From: Bdellovibrionales bacterium | Lineage (GTDB): Bacteria; Bdellovibrionota; Bdellovibrionia; Bdellovibrionales; UBA1609 | Direction of reading: 5' to 3' | Assembly: GCA_041391465.1 (NCBI GenBank) | Contig: JAWKNX010000014.1 | Location: forward strand, 14,958 to 78,957 | DNA length: 64,000 nt | Shown here: positions 35,777-44,703 of the stretch, piece after piece | Layout of the letters: every line of letters begins with the position of its first letter | How positions within the stretch are numbered: position 1 is the stretch's first letter | Notes under the pieces: model-generated | The model's input: the letters and a program-made list of their open reading frames with translations, nothing else | The model's database searches: none | What the model was told of the DNA's origin: nothing | Translations under genes and position numbers: made by a program

Positions 35777-36748
35777 TCATCCTCCAATCGCAGAAAGGCT
35801 ATGCATGTTGCCGTATACGTTTTGATGCAATCTGTGGCCTTCGGGCTTAAATTTAAGCGCACAAGCAATCATTTCTTTAAGCTCGAAACGATCACTCGAA
35901 CTCTGTAATAAATGGCGAAGCGACACATCTCCCTGGCCAAAAAGACAAAGCCGCAGGCCCCCAGTAGAGGAGACTCTGAGTCGATTGCATGCCAAACAAA
36001 AGTCTTTACTGTATGGAGATATGAAGCCGATTTTTCCAAGAAACTCTGGATGGCCAAATTCTTTTGCCGGGCCGCTTGCGGGGCCCGATTGCTGAGCCTC
36101 CCAGCCACCTCTCAATAAAGTTTGCTCAAAAGTTGAAACAGGCAGGTGGTGTTTTCTAAAGTATTCTTGATTATCGCCTGTACGCATGAGTTCAATAAAA
36201 CGAATTGAAATTTGTCGTGATTGAGCGAATTTGAGAAATTCTGGGAATTCGACGTCATTCAAATCTTTTAAAAGAACACAATTTAACTTTATACTTTTAA
36301 ATCCCATATGAATGGCACGATCAACTACTCGTTTTATCGACTCACACTTGTCTGCTCCGCAAATCGATTGAAATTTTTCTTTGATCAATGAATCTACACT
36401 TACATTCAGACAATCTAAGCCTGCGCTTCGAAGGACTTCCAGATCTCGCTCAAGTCTAAATCCATTTGTGGTCAAAGCCACCTGCGAAATGCCGACTTCG
36501 TTTTTAAGTGCGTAGATGATTTTTACCAAATCAGGGCGAAGTGTAGGCTCGCCACCCGTGAGACGAATTTTTTCAATGCCCAGTTCTTTAAAAGCTGATG
36601 CAAGATTAATAATCTCGTCAAGCTCCAAACTTTTAGGCGAACAACCCCTGTAGCCATTCGGAAGGCAGTAGCTGCACTTGAAATTGCACTTTTCGGTTAG
36701 TGAAAGTCGAAGGTATTTAAATTTTCTAGAAAAGCTATCTACTAGCAT
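35777..36748 (-). CDS. moaA: GTP 3',8-cyclase (radical SAM)
   Basis: LRLSLTEKCNFKCSYC, LTGGEPTLR, C-terminal CxxC-x13-C (CLACNRLRVSSTGGLRLC). Confidence 0.9.
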   Translation of the reverse strand: MLVDSFSRKFKYLRLSLTEKCNFKCSYCLPNGYRGCSPKSLELDEIINLASAFKELGIEKIRLTGGEPTLRPDLVKIIYALKNEVGISQVALTTNGFRLERDLEVLRSAGLDCLNVSVDSLIKEKFQSICGADKCESIKRVVDRAIHMGFKSIKLNCVLLKDLNDVEFPEFLKFAQSRQISIRFIELMRTGDNQEYFRKHHLPVSTFEQTLLRGGWEAQQSGPASGPAKEFGHPEFLGKIGFISPYSKDFCLACNRLRVSSTGGLRLCLFGQGDVSLRHLLQSSSDRFELKEMIACALKFKPEGHRLHQNVYGNMHSLSAIGG

Positions 36749-36866
36749 TTTTTCTCCTTTCCAATCGGGAGGCTATCGAGTTTCCTCTTTAACCTTGGCG
36801 AATCTTTGTTCGCGGCCCAGTCACCATATTGATTTCCAAGTTAGGTAACTGAGCTCGGAGTGGAAT
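36749..36866 (-). promoter_or_regulatory. probable Moco (molybdenum cofactor) riboswitch in the moaA leader
   Basis: Minus-strand RNA: ..CACUCCGAGCUC..CUUGG..GCGAA-CAAAGA-UUCGC-CAAGG..AGCCUCCCGAUUGGAAAGGAGAAAAAAUG. The CUCCGAGC, GCCUCCC and GGAAAGGAG blocks match my recollection of the moaA (Moco RNA) motif, with the RBS inside the closing helix. Confidence 0.6.
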
Positions 36867-37559
36867 CTATTTGTTTATCGCAACTGATCCACCACAACAC
36901 ATCGTCTCTGGTTCAGCTTGGCCAGTAAACCAACTTGCTCTTTCAGGTTGAGCACCTATTCTTTTGCATTCATTTGTTACGACCATATCAACCCACGCTA
37001 AAATGCTTTTATAAGATTCCGAAGTCGCCACACCATCTCTTTCTAGAATTGCCGGTATAAATCTTCCTAAATGGGAATTCATGAATTTCCTCATTCCATC
37101 AGTTACAACTTCACAACCACGAAGATCTTTTGTCTCACTTAAGTAAATATACTTCATCACTAGTAGGCTATAGAACTCGAGCTCAACTGATAAATGGTCA
37201 ACCATGTCTTTATCGCCATTACTGTCCATCTCAAATCCAAAGGCCCTATAGAATCCTGCGATGTCGGAAAGCTCGGTAGCTTTGTACATCGCTCTTTCTC
37301 TGCCATACTCAGTTTCATAAAGCGGATTTAGGGACTTTGAGTGGTCAAAAATAGAAATATACTCTGACCTTAAGTCATTTAATGCGGCCTCATCTGTACT
37401 TAATACTTCGAGTCTGTTCTTTAAATCTTCTGGTAGCACAATTGTATCATCTTCCATCAACTCTCTCAGTGCAGACTGAAAGTTACTGTCTGGATAAGAG
37501 GTGAGAATCGACGCTAAAACTATTTGGCCAGGTAAAATGTTAGTATTTAGTATACTCAT
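36867..37559 (-). CDS. TorD/NarJ-family redox-enzyme maturation chaperone
   Basis: 230 aa, all-helical, SEYISIFD...NPLYETEY pattern. Position after the gamma subunit, as in type II DMSO reductase operons. Confidence 0.65.
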   Translation of the reverse strand: MSILNTNILPGQIVLASILTSYPDSNFQSALRELMEDDTIVLPEDLKNRLEVLSTDEAALNDLRSEYISIFDHSKSLNPLYETEYGRERAMYKATELSDIAGFYRAFGFEMDSNGDKDMVDHLSVELEFYSLLVMKYIYLSETKDLRGCEVVTDGMRKFMNSHLGRFIPAILERDGVATSESYKSILAWVDMVVTNECKRIGAQPERASWFTGQAEPETMCCGGSVAINK

Positions 37560-37570
37560 ATGCTCCTCTT

Positions 37571-38419
37571 CTACTTTTCTAAAATATTAAATGGAGTCCA
37601 CATCATCGTGAGTGACTTGATTGCTCCAATTTCTTTCTTTCCGCCCTGCCAGACCGCAAAAGCGACATGACTTTTTTTACCAATCAGCAGCTTTGATCCA
37701 TTTTCATAAATTAGAGGTCTTGCAATATATGCCGTCCACTCACCATTATTCCACTCGCCATACCCTTGTGCTAAATGCGAGTCAGACACGGCGGAAGATC
37801 CAAAGCCTTCAGCAAATATTTCGTCAACCCCTGACTTAGGGAACGATTGGGGATTTCCAGCAGCAGTCCCTCCTACGAAAGATTCCTTTTGATCCTTAGA
37901 TGCTTCTTTAAAATTTCCTTTTTGTTTGAAGTCCATGGGGTACATGTCAGCGGTCATATTGGGATAGATCTGATCGATTGTTTTTTTTCCTTTTTTTGCG
38001 TCGACCTGATACTGATACTTCCAATGAAAGAGATGTACAGGATCATCTTTTCCACCCATCATGATAGGTGGCGGAACTTCGTTATTCTTAATAGGAAACT
38101 GAAGGGCCACGGCATCAGAAAATGTCGCAAGCTTTTCAGACTCACTTACCTCGCTGTCCTTCCATTTCATTCGAAAGACAATCCATTTCCCATCGTGAAC
38201 AGCGGTTACATTAATCAGCGACGTTTCAGTATTTTTAGGCTTAGGTGCCACCATGGGTTGTCCCATCAAGTTAATTACTTGATCAGGACTTGCCATTTTC
38301 CAAAGAGTTTCATCTTTATAGTCTTTAGAAAGGTCACCCGCTATTTTCTTTACGTCAATATCAGCATTACATTCAAAGCTGATTAGTATTAATATACTGA
38401 CAAATAAGTTTAATTTCAT
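37571..38419 (-). CDS. gamma subunit, ethylbenzene-dehydrogenase-like heme-b domain, secreted
   Basis: Start set at MKLNLFVSILILISFECNA (GAGG Shine-Dalgarno, after the beta stop). DGKWIVFRMKWKD...DAVALQFP resembles the EB_dh domain of NarC/SerC/EbdC/NxrC-type subunits. Confidence 0.7.
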   Translation of the reverse strand: MKLNLFVSILILISFECNADIDVKKIAGDLSKDYKDETLWKMASPDQVINLMGQPMVAPKPKNTETSLINVTAVHDGKWIVFRMKWKDSEVSESEKLATFSDAVALQFPIKNNEVPPPIMMGGKDDPVHLFHWKYQYQVDAKKGKKTIDQIYPNMTADMYPMDFKQKGNFKEASKDQKESFVGGTAAGNPQSFPKSGVDEIFAEGFGSSAVSDSHLAQGYGEWNNGEWTAYIARPLIYENGSKLLIGKKSHVAFAVWQGGKKEIGAIKSLTMMWTPFNILEK

Positions 38420-38426
38420 AAAAACC

Positions 38427-39557
38427 TCATGGAGTGTTATTTCTTGAAGTTCCATACTTTTCATCAAAAGCAGGACGCGAGTAAATTTGCTCTGTGACTG
38501 GCACGTTTATAATTTCATCGCCCTTCTCATCATAAGCATAGGCAAATCCATTTTTTACGTTAAAGTCATGAATAATTCGATCTGTGCTTCCCATAAGTAC
38601 AAGAAGTCCCTGCGCGATCGGGTCGTCTTTCAATTTACGATAAGTCTCAATAGCACTATCCACATTCGGACCAAACATCTGAGTAAGATACTCTCTATCT
38701 GCATGGATCGGTGGTATGTAATAGATATTTGGTTCCAACCCAAGTTGAGGATAGTACGGTAACGCTAAACCAGTTTTGTGCACCAAGTAATCAACCGGAT
38801 TGCTTCCTCTTGATTTCCACGGTGGATTAATAAATCCCATGATTCTAATTTTACCGATACAATTTGTGACACAGCGGGGCTGATAACCTTGCTCAACAAA
38901 CGGATAACATCCAATGCATTTTTCACTAATACGAGAATGGGCATTGTACATTGATTTTTTGTATGGGCAGGCTTTCACGCACTCTCCGTATCCCTTGCAT
39001 CTCGATTGATCAATTAGAACCACTCCGTCTTCTTGTCTCTTGTAAATTGCTTTACGCGGACAGGCTGCAAGACAAGCTGGGTAAGTGCAGTGTGCACATG
39101 TCCTTGGAAGGTAAAAAAACCATTTGTCATGCTGAAGAGATATGTAGTCGCCCTTATTGACTTGTCCTGCACAATCGTCTTCTCCGTGATTTGGATACAT
39201 CCAGTCTTGATCTTCTGGCGCGAAATGGGCGGCGCGCTCGTGACTTTCAGCGGCCTCAAATATTGTTTTACCGTAATATGGCTTTTTCTTCTCCCATTCC
39301 TGATGCCCAAGTCTCTCAAGAACTTTCACATCCCAGGCCAGGGGGTAGGATCCGTAGGGTTTTGTCTCGACATTATTCCAAAACATGTACTCTTGACCTT
39401 TTCCACTGGTCCAGGTTGTTTTGCATGCCAGCGTACAAGTCTGGCATGCAATGCACTTGTTTAGGTCAAATACGATAGCCCATTGCTTTTTAGGCCTGTT
39501 CTCATCGTAGGGATAATCCATTTCTCTATTGATCTGCCAATTTTTTACTTTTGCCAT
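38427..39557 (-). CDS. beta subunit, four-cluster iron-sulfur protein (NarH/NxrB-like)
   Basis: CIACQTCTLACK, CAHCTYPACLAACP, CKGYGECVKACP, CIGCYP ... C cluster motifs. Confidence 0.9.
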   Translation of the reverse strand: MAKVKNWQINREMDYPYDENRPKKQWAIVFDLNKCIACQTCTLACKTTWTSGKGQEYMFWNNVETKPYGSYPLAWDVKVLERLGHQEWEKKKPYYGKTIFEAAESHERAAHFAPEDQDWMYPNHGEDDCAGQVNKGDYISLQHDKWFFYLPRTCAHCTYPACLAACPRKAIYKRQEDGVVLIDQSRCKGYGECVKACPYKKSMYNAHSRISEKCIGCYPFVEQGYQPRCVTNCIGKIRIMGFINPPWKSRGSNPVDYLVHKTGLALPYYPQLGLEPNIYYIPPIHADREYLTQMFGPNVDSAIETYRKLKDDPIAQGLLVLMGSTDRIIHDFNVKNGFAYAYDEKGDEIINVPVTEQIYSRPAFDEKYGTSRNNTP

Positions 39558-39578
39558 ATTTCCTCCGATGTCTTCGAC

Positions 39579-42500
39579 CTAAGATTTTTTCTTTTTCATA
39601 AAGCCGCCTTTTAAATACTTCTTCATGGCTTTGTTTTCATAGGTTGGTCGAAACCCAAGTTCTGCGGGTCTAAACTTTCCTTTCCCATCTAGTCCACCAG
39701 CTTCAGCTTTGGTGATTTTCACAAATGCTTCTCTTGGGGCTCCGTTTACACAATGAATATCGGCCTCAAAACCCTTTCCAATTCCCTGTCCAAACATCGA
39801 TTTATGAACTAACGTCTCTGTCTGTAGGGTCGGTCTCAACCACGCCCTTGTTGCACTTTGATGACTTCCATATCTGTACATGGCTTGATAATTGGTTTCG
39901 GGTGATTTCGCCAATCCATCAGGACGAGTCTCATGTCCTTTTACGCTACCAAACGTTGCTCCGTACATATTGTGCCAGGTGCGGGCAATGCCCCTAGGTG
40001 TTCCCGGGTAGTAACGTGCCCTCAAAAGCAAACGTGCGACTTTATACTCATCGGTTCCTTTTTTCCAACCACGGAAAGGACGGTCCTCTGGGTCGGCATC
40101 AATGTAGACATAGTCTCCATCATTTACATTAATAGCTTTAGCATCCAATGGATTAATGTCGACATAACCTTCGACCACAAACGGCAGTCTCTTATCATGC
40201 CTGTACACATCTCCAAAAGGACCAAATAAGACAGAGTTAAAGTCGGTATCAATCGGCGTCGAATGCGCCCCGTGACGATATTTGGGTGTATGATAGACAT
40301 GCGAGTACTGAAGCTTGAGCTTTAGTGGATGCTTAGACTTCAGCGTCTCATCGACCGTCTTAATCACATTTCTGACCTGTCTTGTTTCGCTGGACAAATC
40401 ACTTGATGAAAACCCCCAATCTTCAGGGCTTGTTGGTCGAATAGCTTCATGCTTTTCAGCGACAATTACATTCGGTTCGTGGTGAGTCGAATCGACAGGC
40501 TCACGATGGACCACAAGATTTTCGCCGTGCTCAATGAATTCGGGCTCGAATCTGTAGAACTCAAGCCTTCCAGATTTAGTATGCCAAGGCACCTCACCCA
40601 ATGCTTGTTCATAAGACGAAATTCGTGGGTAGGTTCTCATATTCATCAGAGCGGGAATTCCCTTTTTGGCATTAAAATGAAGATCTTCAAACTTGTTTCC
40701 ACTTAATGAGTCGGACGCATCAATAATTCGCTGCAAATATTCTCCGACATCATTGTTCCAAACAAATTTAAAGCCATCCTCCAATCGAGACTCTCCAATA
40801 TGCTTACCGAGAGCCTTTGAAACACCGGCAATGATTTCAATATCTGATTTTGTGTCAAAAATTCTCGGAAGTGGTGTCTCGGGGTAAACCTGAGCAAATG
40901 GATTTGTACATGACCCAGTAAGATCTGGCATTTTCGTTTCAGCCCAACTATCGCAGGCGTAAACAATATCAGCGTACTCACAAGATCCTGTCCACCACCA
41001 ATCAGCATAGGCAATGAATTCAACTTTTGGCAGTGTGTTCATAACAACATCGTAATGCCATTTAATATTGCCAATTACAGAGTTTGAATTATTGAGCCAC
41101 ATTAGCTTCGTTGGAGTCGGCATATGACCTTCTCCGGTGAACATTTTCTTCCCGATCTTTAGCGGGCGCTGTCCATAGTTAAAATAGTGAATAGATTCGT
41201 AGTGGGAGTACTTCTTAATTTTGGGCTTTCCGCCCTTATTTAGATTAAGATTAAATGGATCTTCTGATGCGTATACTGGTTCACCACCAATAATTGAAGA
41301 TCGATAGTTGCCAGCATAGCTGCCGACATTCCCCCCAGGAAAGCCGACATTTCGAGTCAACGCCGCGACTAAGAAAATGGCTCTATCTTTTAAATCCGCA
41401 TTGAAAAATTGATTGGGACCCATACCGGTAGCAAATAAGGTTTTCTCTTTGTTTTCCGAAATCAATTTCGCAAATTTTAAAACACCCTCAACAGGAGCCC
41501 CAGTAATCGCGCTTGTTTTGGCAGGTGTAAAGTTTTTGTTGAGGTACTCACGCATCAAATGAAAGCCAGATCTAACCTTTACACTTTTTCCATCCAGAAG
41601 TTTTACTGTGGTTTCGACATTCAGTTTAGGAGAAATTCCTAGTTTTTCAAAATTTTTACCAAAATCGTCGCGTGTGACTACTTTCTTTTGCCCTCGTTTG
41701 TCGATGACCACATAGGGCTGGAACTCTCCCTTCATTGATTCAGATGCGAACTGTTTTAGTTTGTCTTTGGACTTTTCACCCTCTTTAACGAATTGAATTG
41801 ACTTCAGATCTGGCTCGACGAATCCCTTAATGAAATCTTTTGGACGCAGCGGCTCTAGGGTATCCATTCGAATTAAAAATGGTAGGTCGGTATTTTTGGC
41901 AACCCAATTAGCATCATACTGATTTTTGCTGATAATCACTTGAGCTAAACCCAAAGCAAATGCTGGGTCTGAGCCCGGTCGAATAACCACGACCTCATCA
42001 CACTTAGAAGCAGTAGCACTGTACTCGACGGTTACTGTTGCGATCTTTGCACCTTTAAGCCTGGCCTCTGTCATCCAATGAGAATCTGGCATCTTAGTGG
42101 TTATCCAGTTCATCCCCCAAGGAATGATAAGTTTCGCGTGTTCTGTCGAAAATAAGTCAAAGTCGTTTGTTTGTGAGCCTGTCACCATTGGGTGACCAGG
42201 AGGCAAATCGGTATGCCAACTGTATGAATCCCAACCCCTTGCCCCATGGGATTTTTCCGGAGATACGTTGCGAAGTTTTGAGTCCATTAACGCTAATAAG
42301 TTGGCAAATCGATACATTCCGAAGAGTCTCGTCGCACCTAGAAACGCCATGCCACCTCGGAACTTCAGAGTTTGCGTTCCAGATCCTTCCATTGCATGAA
42401 TCATTTCTTCGTCGTAACCTTGCGCTGTTAAATACTTTTCTCCTTGTGCTCCGTTATATGTTTTAGCGATATTTTCAATGGCCTGGGCCGAAATTTTATT

Positions 42501-43046
42501 GATTTCGTCCCAACTGACACGAAGCCATTTATCTTTACCCCTTTGAAAAAATTTGGGATCTGGTTTACCTGTAGCTGCATCCCTTGGAAATCCAGAATCC
42601 ACCCATTCTTTAAATCCTCTACGAACCATAGGAGCTTTAACCCTGCGATCACCATAGACTCGTCGAACCAGAGCCAGGCCTTTTTGACAAATACGTGGGT
42701 CCCATCGATGTGAAGATTGGTTCCCGTACAAGTCTTTGGCTTTTCCATAGCCAAAAGAGGGACCAATTCTTAAAACAACGCCGTTTTTGGTATAAGCTCG
42801 TAGTAAGCAGTTGTGCGTGTCATTCGGTGCACATAGAAAGTGATATTCACTGTCGGTCTTGAATATATCTCGATATACTTTTTCCCAATCTCGATTTGGA
42901 TACTGAGCCAACGGATTATCAATAATTGTTGGTTTGAAATACTTTAGAGGTCCACCGAAGACATTGGTACTAGCTAGAACTGTCGCACCAACGGCTGTGC
43001 CCTTCAGAAAAGTTCTTCGCGTTAATTCTTTTTTTTGATCAGACAT
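39579..43046 (-). CDS. Tat-exported NarG/NxrA-like molybdopterin oxidoreductase alpha subunit (type II DMSO reductase family)
   Basis: 1155 aa. Twin-arginine signal [20 protein letters not shown]-terminal His/Cys cluster region [12 protein letters not shown]...C. Molybdopterin-binding-domain length and layout. Confidence 0.85.
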   Translation of the reverse strand: MSDQKKELTRRTFLKGTAVGATVLASTNVFGGPLKYFKPTIIDNPLAQYPNRDWEKVYRDIFKTDSEYHFLCAPNDTHNCLLRAYTKNGVVLRIGPSFGYGKAKDLYGNQSSHRWDPRICQKGLALVRRVYGDRRVKAPMVRRGFKEWVDSGFPRDAATGKPDPKFFQRGKDKWLRVSWDEINKISAQAIENIAKTYNGAQGEKYLTAQGYDEEMIHAMEGSGTQTLKFRGGMAFLGATRLFGMYRFANLLALMDSKLRNVSPEKSHGARGWDSYSWHTDLPPGHPMVTGSQTNDFDLFSTEHAKLIIPWGMNWITTKMPDSHWMTEARLKGAKIATVTVEYSATASKCDEVVVIRPGSDPAFALGLAQVIISKNQYDANWVAKNTDLPFLIRMDTLEPLRPKDFIKGFVEPDLKSIQFVKEGEKSKDKLKQFASESMKGEFQPYVVIDKRGQKKVVTRDDFGKNFEKLGISPKLNVETTVKLLDGKSVKVRSGFHLMREYLNKNFTPAKTSAITGAPVEGVLKFAKLISENKEKTLFATGMGPNQFFNADLKDRAIFLVAALTRNVGFPGGNVGSYAGNYRSSIIGGEPVYASEDPFNLNLNKGGKPKIKKYSHYESIHYFNYGQRPLKIGKKMFTGEGHMPTPTKLMWLNNSNSVIGNIKWHYDVVMNTLPKVEFIAYADWWWTGSCEYADIVYACDSWAETKMPDLTGSCTNPFAQVYPETPLPRIFDTKSDIEIIAGVSKALGKHIGESRLEDGFKFVWNNDVGEYLQRIIDASDSLSGNKFEDLHFNAKKGIPALMNMRTYPRISSYEQALGEVPWHTKSGRLEFYRFEPEFIEHGENLVVHREPVDSTHHEPNVIVAEKHEAIRPTSPEDWGFSSSDLSSETRQVRNVIKTVDETLKSKHPLKLKLQYSHVYHTPKYRHGAHSTPIDTDFNSVLFGPFGDVYRHDKRLPFVVEGYVDINPLDAKAINVNDGDYVYIDADPEDRPFRGWKKGTDEYKVARLLLRARYYPGTPRGIARTWHNMYGATFGSVKGHETRPDGLAKSPETNYQAMYRYGSHQSATRAWLRPTLQTETLVHKSMFGQGIGKGFEADIHCVNGAPREAFVKITKAEAGGLDGKGKFRPAELGFRPTYENKAMKKYLKGGFMKKKKS

Positions 43047-43055
43047 ATAAACTCC

Positions 43056-43379
43056 TCATATGTTGTAAATCTCTCCTGTAAATATTGATAACACCGCGGT
43101 TTCTGGCCACTCTTCACTCAAGTGTGCCTGCAGAAGGCCGTTGTTACTTAAAGACAATCGAAAGTTTTTATTCGTATCTTCACTACGAAGACGAATGCCC
43201 TCGGGGAGGGATTCAACTGTCATCTCGAAATTATTTATTTTAATTTTAGCCTTTGTATGAACTGAGAACGCAGCCAAATGGCCAATCGTAATAATGTTCT
43301 TATCTTGAGAGTTCTCGGCAAGATCTGATTGTTTAGGAACAAGATTTTTAAAAAATTCTCTCCGTGAATTGTTAATCAT
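43056..43379 (-). CDS. hypothetical 107-aa protein with a twin-arginine-like motif but no hydrophobic core
   Basis: MINNSRREFFKNLVPKQSDLAENSQ... The rest is beta-rich. Translationally coupled in the nar-like operon. Confidence 0.45.
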   Translation of the reverse strand: MINNSRREFFKNLVPKQSDLAENSQDKNIITIGHLAAFSVHTKAKIKINNFEMTVESLPEGIRLRSEDTNKNFRLSLSNNGLLQAHLSEEWPETAVLSIFTGEIYNI

Positions 43380-44167
43380 GCTCGCTCCCCATAGACAGCA
43401 ACTGGACTTGCGTCTTTTAAATTGAAGAACGGAAATTTTTCCTTAACCAGCTTTTCTAAATGAGATCGGTAAATAGTACCTGCTGACCCACACGTTAAGT
43501 TCTCTTTGGGCTCAAGTTTGTAGAGAAGGTTTTTTTCAGACAATCCAAGAAATTTAAGGTCAATTTTCATTTCACTAAATTTTTGCTGAATAGCCTCAAG
43601 ATCTAATCTGAGATTCTCTGGTAATGCGCCCCACTTGTTTGAGTTTGACCAAATCGCATCAGTAGGGCTCGATTCTTCATCAAAAAAAACATCAATACAT
43701 TCATCATCATTGACTGCGACCGAGCTATTTCGAACAAATCCAACTTCATCGCTGATTCCAACGACCAAGCCGTCAATAGCTTCTCTCCAATATTGGCAAT
43801 AACGATGGCCGATTTGACGACCGAAAGTACAACCTTTTCGATTGAGAACTTGGGCCGATGGTTTTGTTTCCCATGTACCCTGGAAACATGGAGAACCAAG
43901 CTTTCCAACGTAAGTGGTAAAATCACTTTTTTCCCATGCTAAGTTTTTAGATTTTTGGTAGCTTCGTCCAAGATTTCTTGAATTTAAAAAAACTGACTTT
44001 AGTAGCTCATCGAATTTTTCTTCTTCTAGACTATTTATATCTAATAAGAATTCGTCTTCTCTTACTCTGCTTTCAAGAACTTCTCTAAAGGCGTACTCTC
44101 GAGCAGCTTTCCATCTTGCTCCTAAATCTTGCACTGTGCTTTCTACATAGTCTTGAGAATTCTCCAT
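43376..44167 (-). CDS. hypothetical 263-aa Cys-containing protein
   Basis: ORF tightly coupled to tatA (TGAGATG junction) and to the next ORF. Cys residues in CFQG..C..C..ECID..C. No family recognised. Confidence 0.45.
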   Translation of the reverse strand: MENSQDYVESTVQDLGARWKAAREYAFREVLESRVREDEFLLDINSLEEEKFDELLKSVFLNSRNLGRSYQKSKNLAWEKSDFTTYVGKLGSPCFQGTWETKPSAQVLNRKGCTFGRQIGHRYCQYWREAIDGLVVGISDEVGFVRNSSVAVNDDECIDVFFDEESSPTDAIWSNSNKWGALPENLRLDLEAIQQKFSEMKIDLKFLGLSEKNLLYKLEPKENLTCGSAGTIYRSHLEKLVKEKFPFFNLKDASPVAVYGERA

Positions 44168-44168
44168 C

Positions 44169-44384
44169 TCAGCCCTCTTCTCTATTCAAAATTTGGGGCC
44201 TTTCTGACGAGCCTGATATCTGTCTACGGTCAATCTCCTCACCATTTGTGTCTTGAAGCCCTTTTTTGAAATTAGAAATTGTTTTGCCCAACGCTTGACC
44301 AAGAGAAGGCAGTCGACTTGGTCCAAAAAAAAGAAGAGCGATTCCCCCAATAAGTAAAATTTCAGTCATCCCAAGTCCACCCAT
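44169..44384 (-). CDS. tatA: TatA/E-family twin-arginine translocase subunit
   Basis: Start set at MGGLGMTEILLIGGIALLFFGPSRLPSLGQALGKTISNFKKG (TAGGAG Shine-Dalgarno). The long upstream extension in the track contains the FNR-like box. Confidence 0.8.
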   Translation of the reverse strand: MGGLGMTEILLIGGIALLFFGPSRLPSLGQALGKTISNFKKGLQDTNGEEIDRRQISGSSERPQILNREEG

Positions 44385-44450
44385 AGCAACTCCTAATATT
44401 CTCAAGTGGTTTTCACTGTCAGATACTACGGGAGATAGAATTGAATGCTT

Positions 44451-44464
44451 ATGACTTAGATCAC
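44451..44464. promoter_or_regulatory. FNR/Dnr-type box ATGACTTAGATCAC
   Basis: Centred about 73 nt upstream of the tatA ATG, at the head of the tatA-nar-like operon. Confidence 0.55.
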
Positions 44465-44703
44465 ATGGAAGAAGCTTAACAAACGACATGAGTAGAAATT
44501 GAGCTTGGGTATGCGGTCACTCGAAATTCGTTGTTTTTTATCTGAGGACCCTACACTGGCATAAAGTCTTGAAATAACTATCAATTACTTGAAAGTTAAA
44601 AAATTCTGGAACCAAATGCCTCGGCTTCAAAAAATGCAAATTATAATGGACTATTTACCAGTCCTTAATGGCTTTTTAGTGGCCTTGAGTAAATATCTGC
44701 TAT

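Noticed and set aside
37621-42766. Numerous 60-180-aa ORFs on both strands inside the alpha, beta and gamma subunit genes
   Set aside because: All are nested in long genes with unmistakable Fe-S or molybdopterin motifs. They are typical shadow ORFs of AT-rich DNA.
44385-44489. 35-codon extension upstream of TatA in the track ORF
   Set aside because: It contains the FNR-like box and lacks a ribosome-binding site. MGGLGMTEILL with a TAGGAG Shine-Dalgarno sequence is the canonical TatA start.
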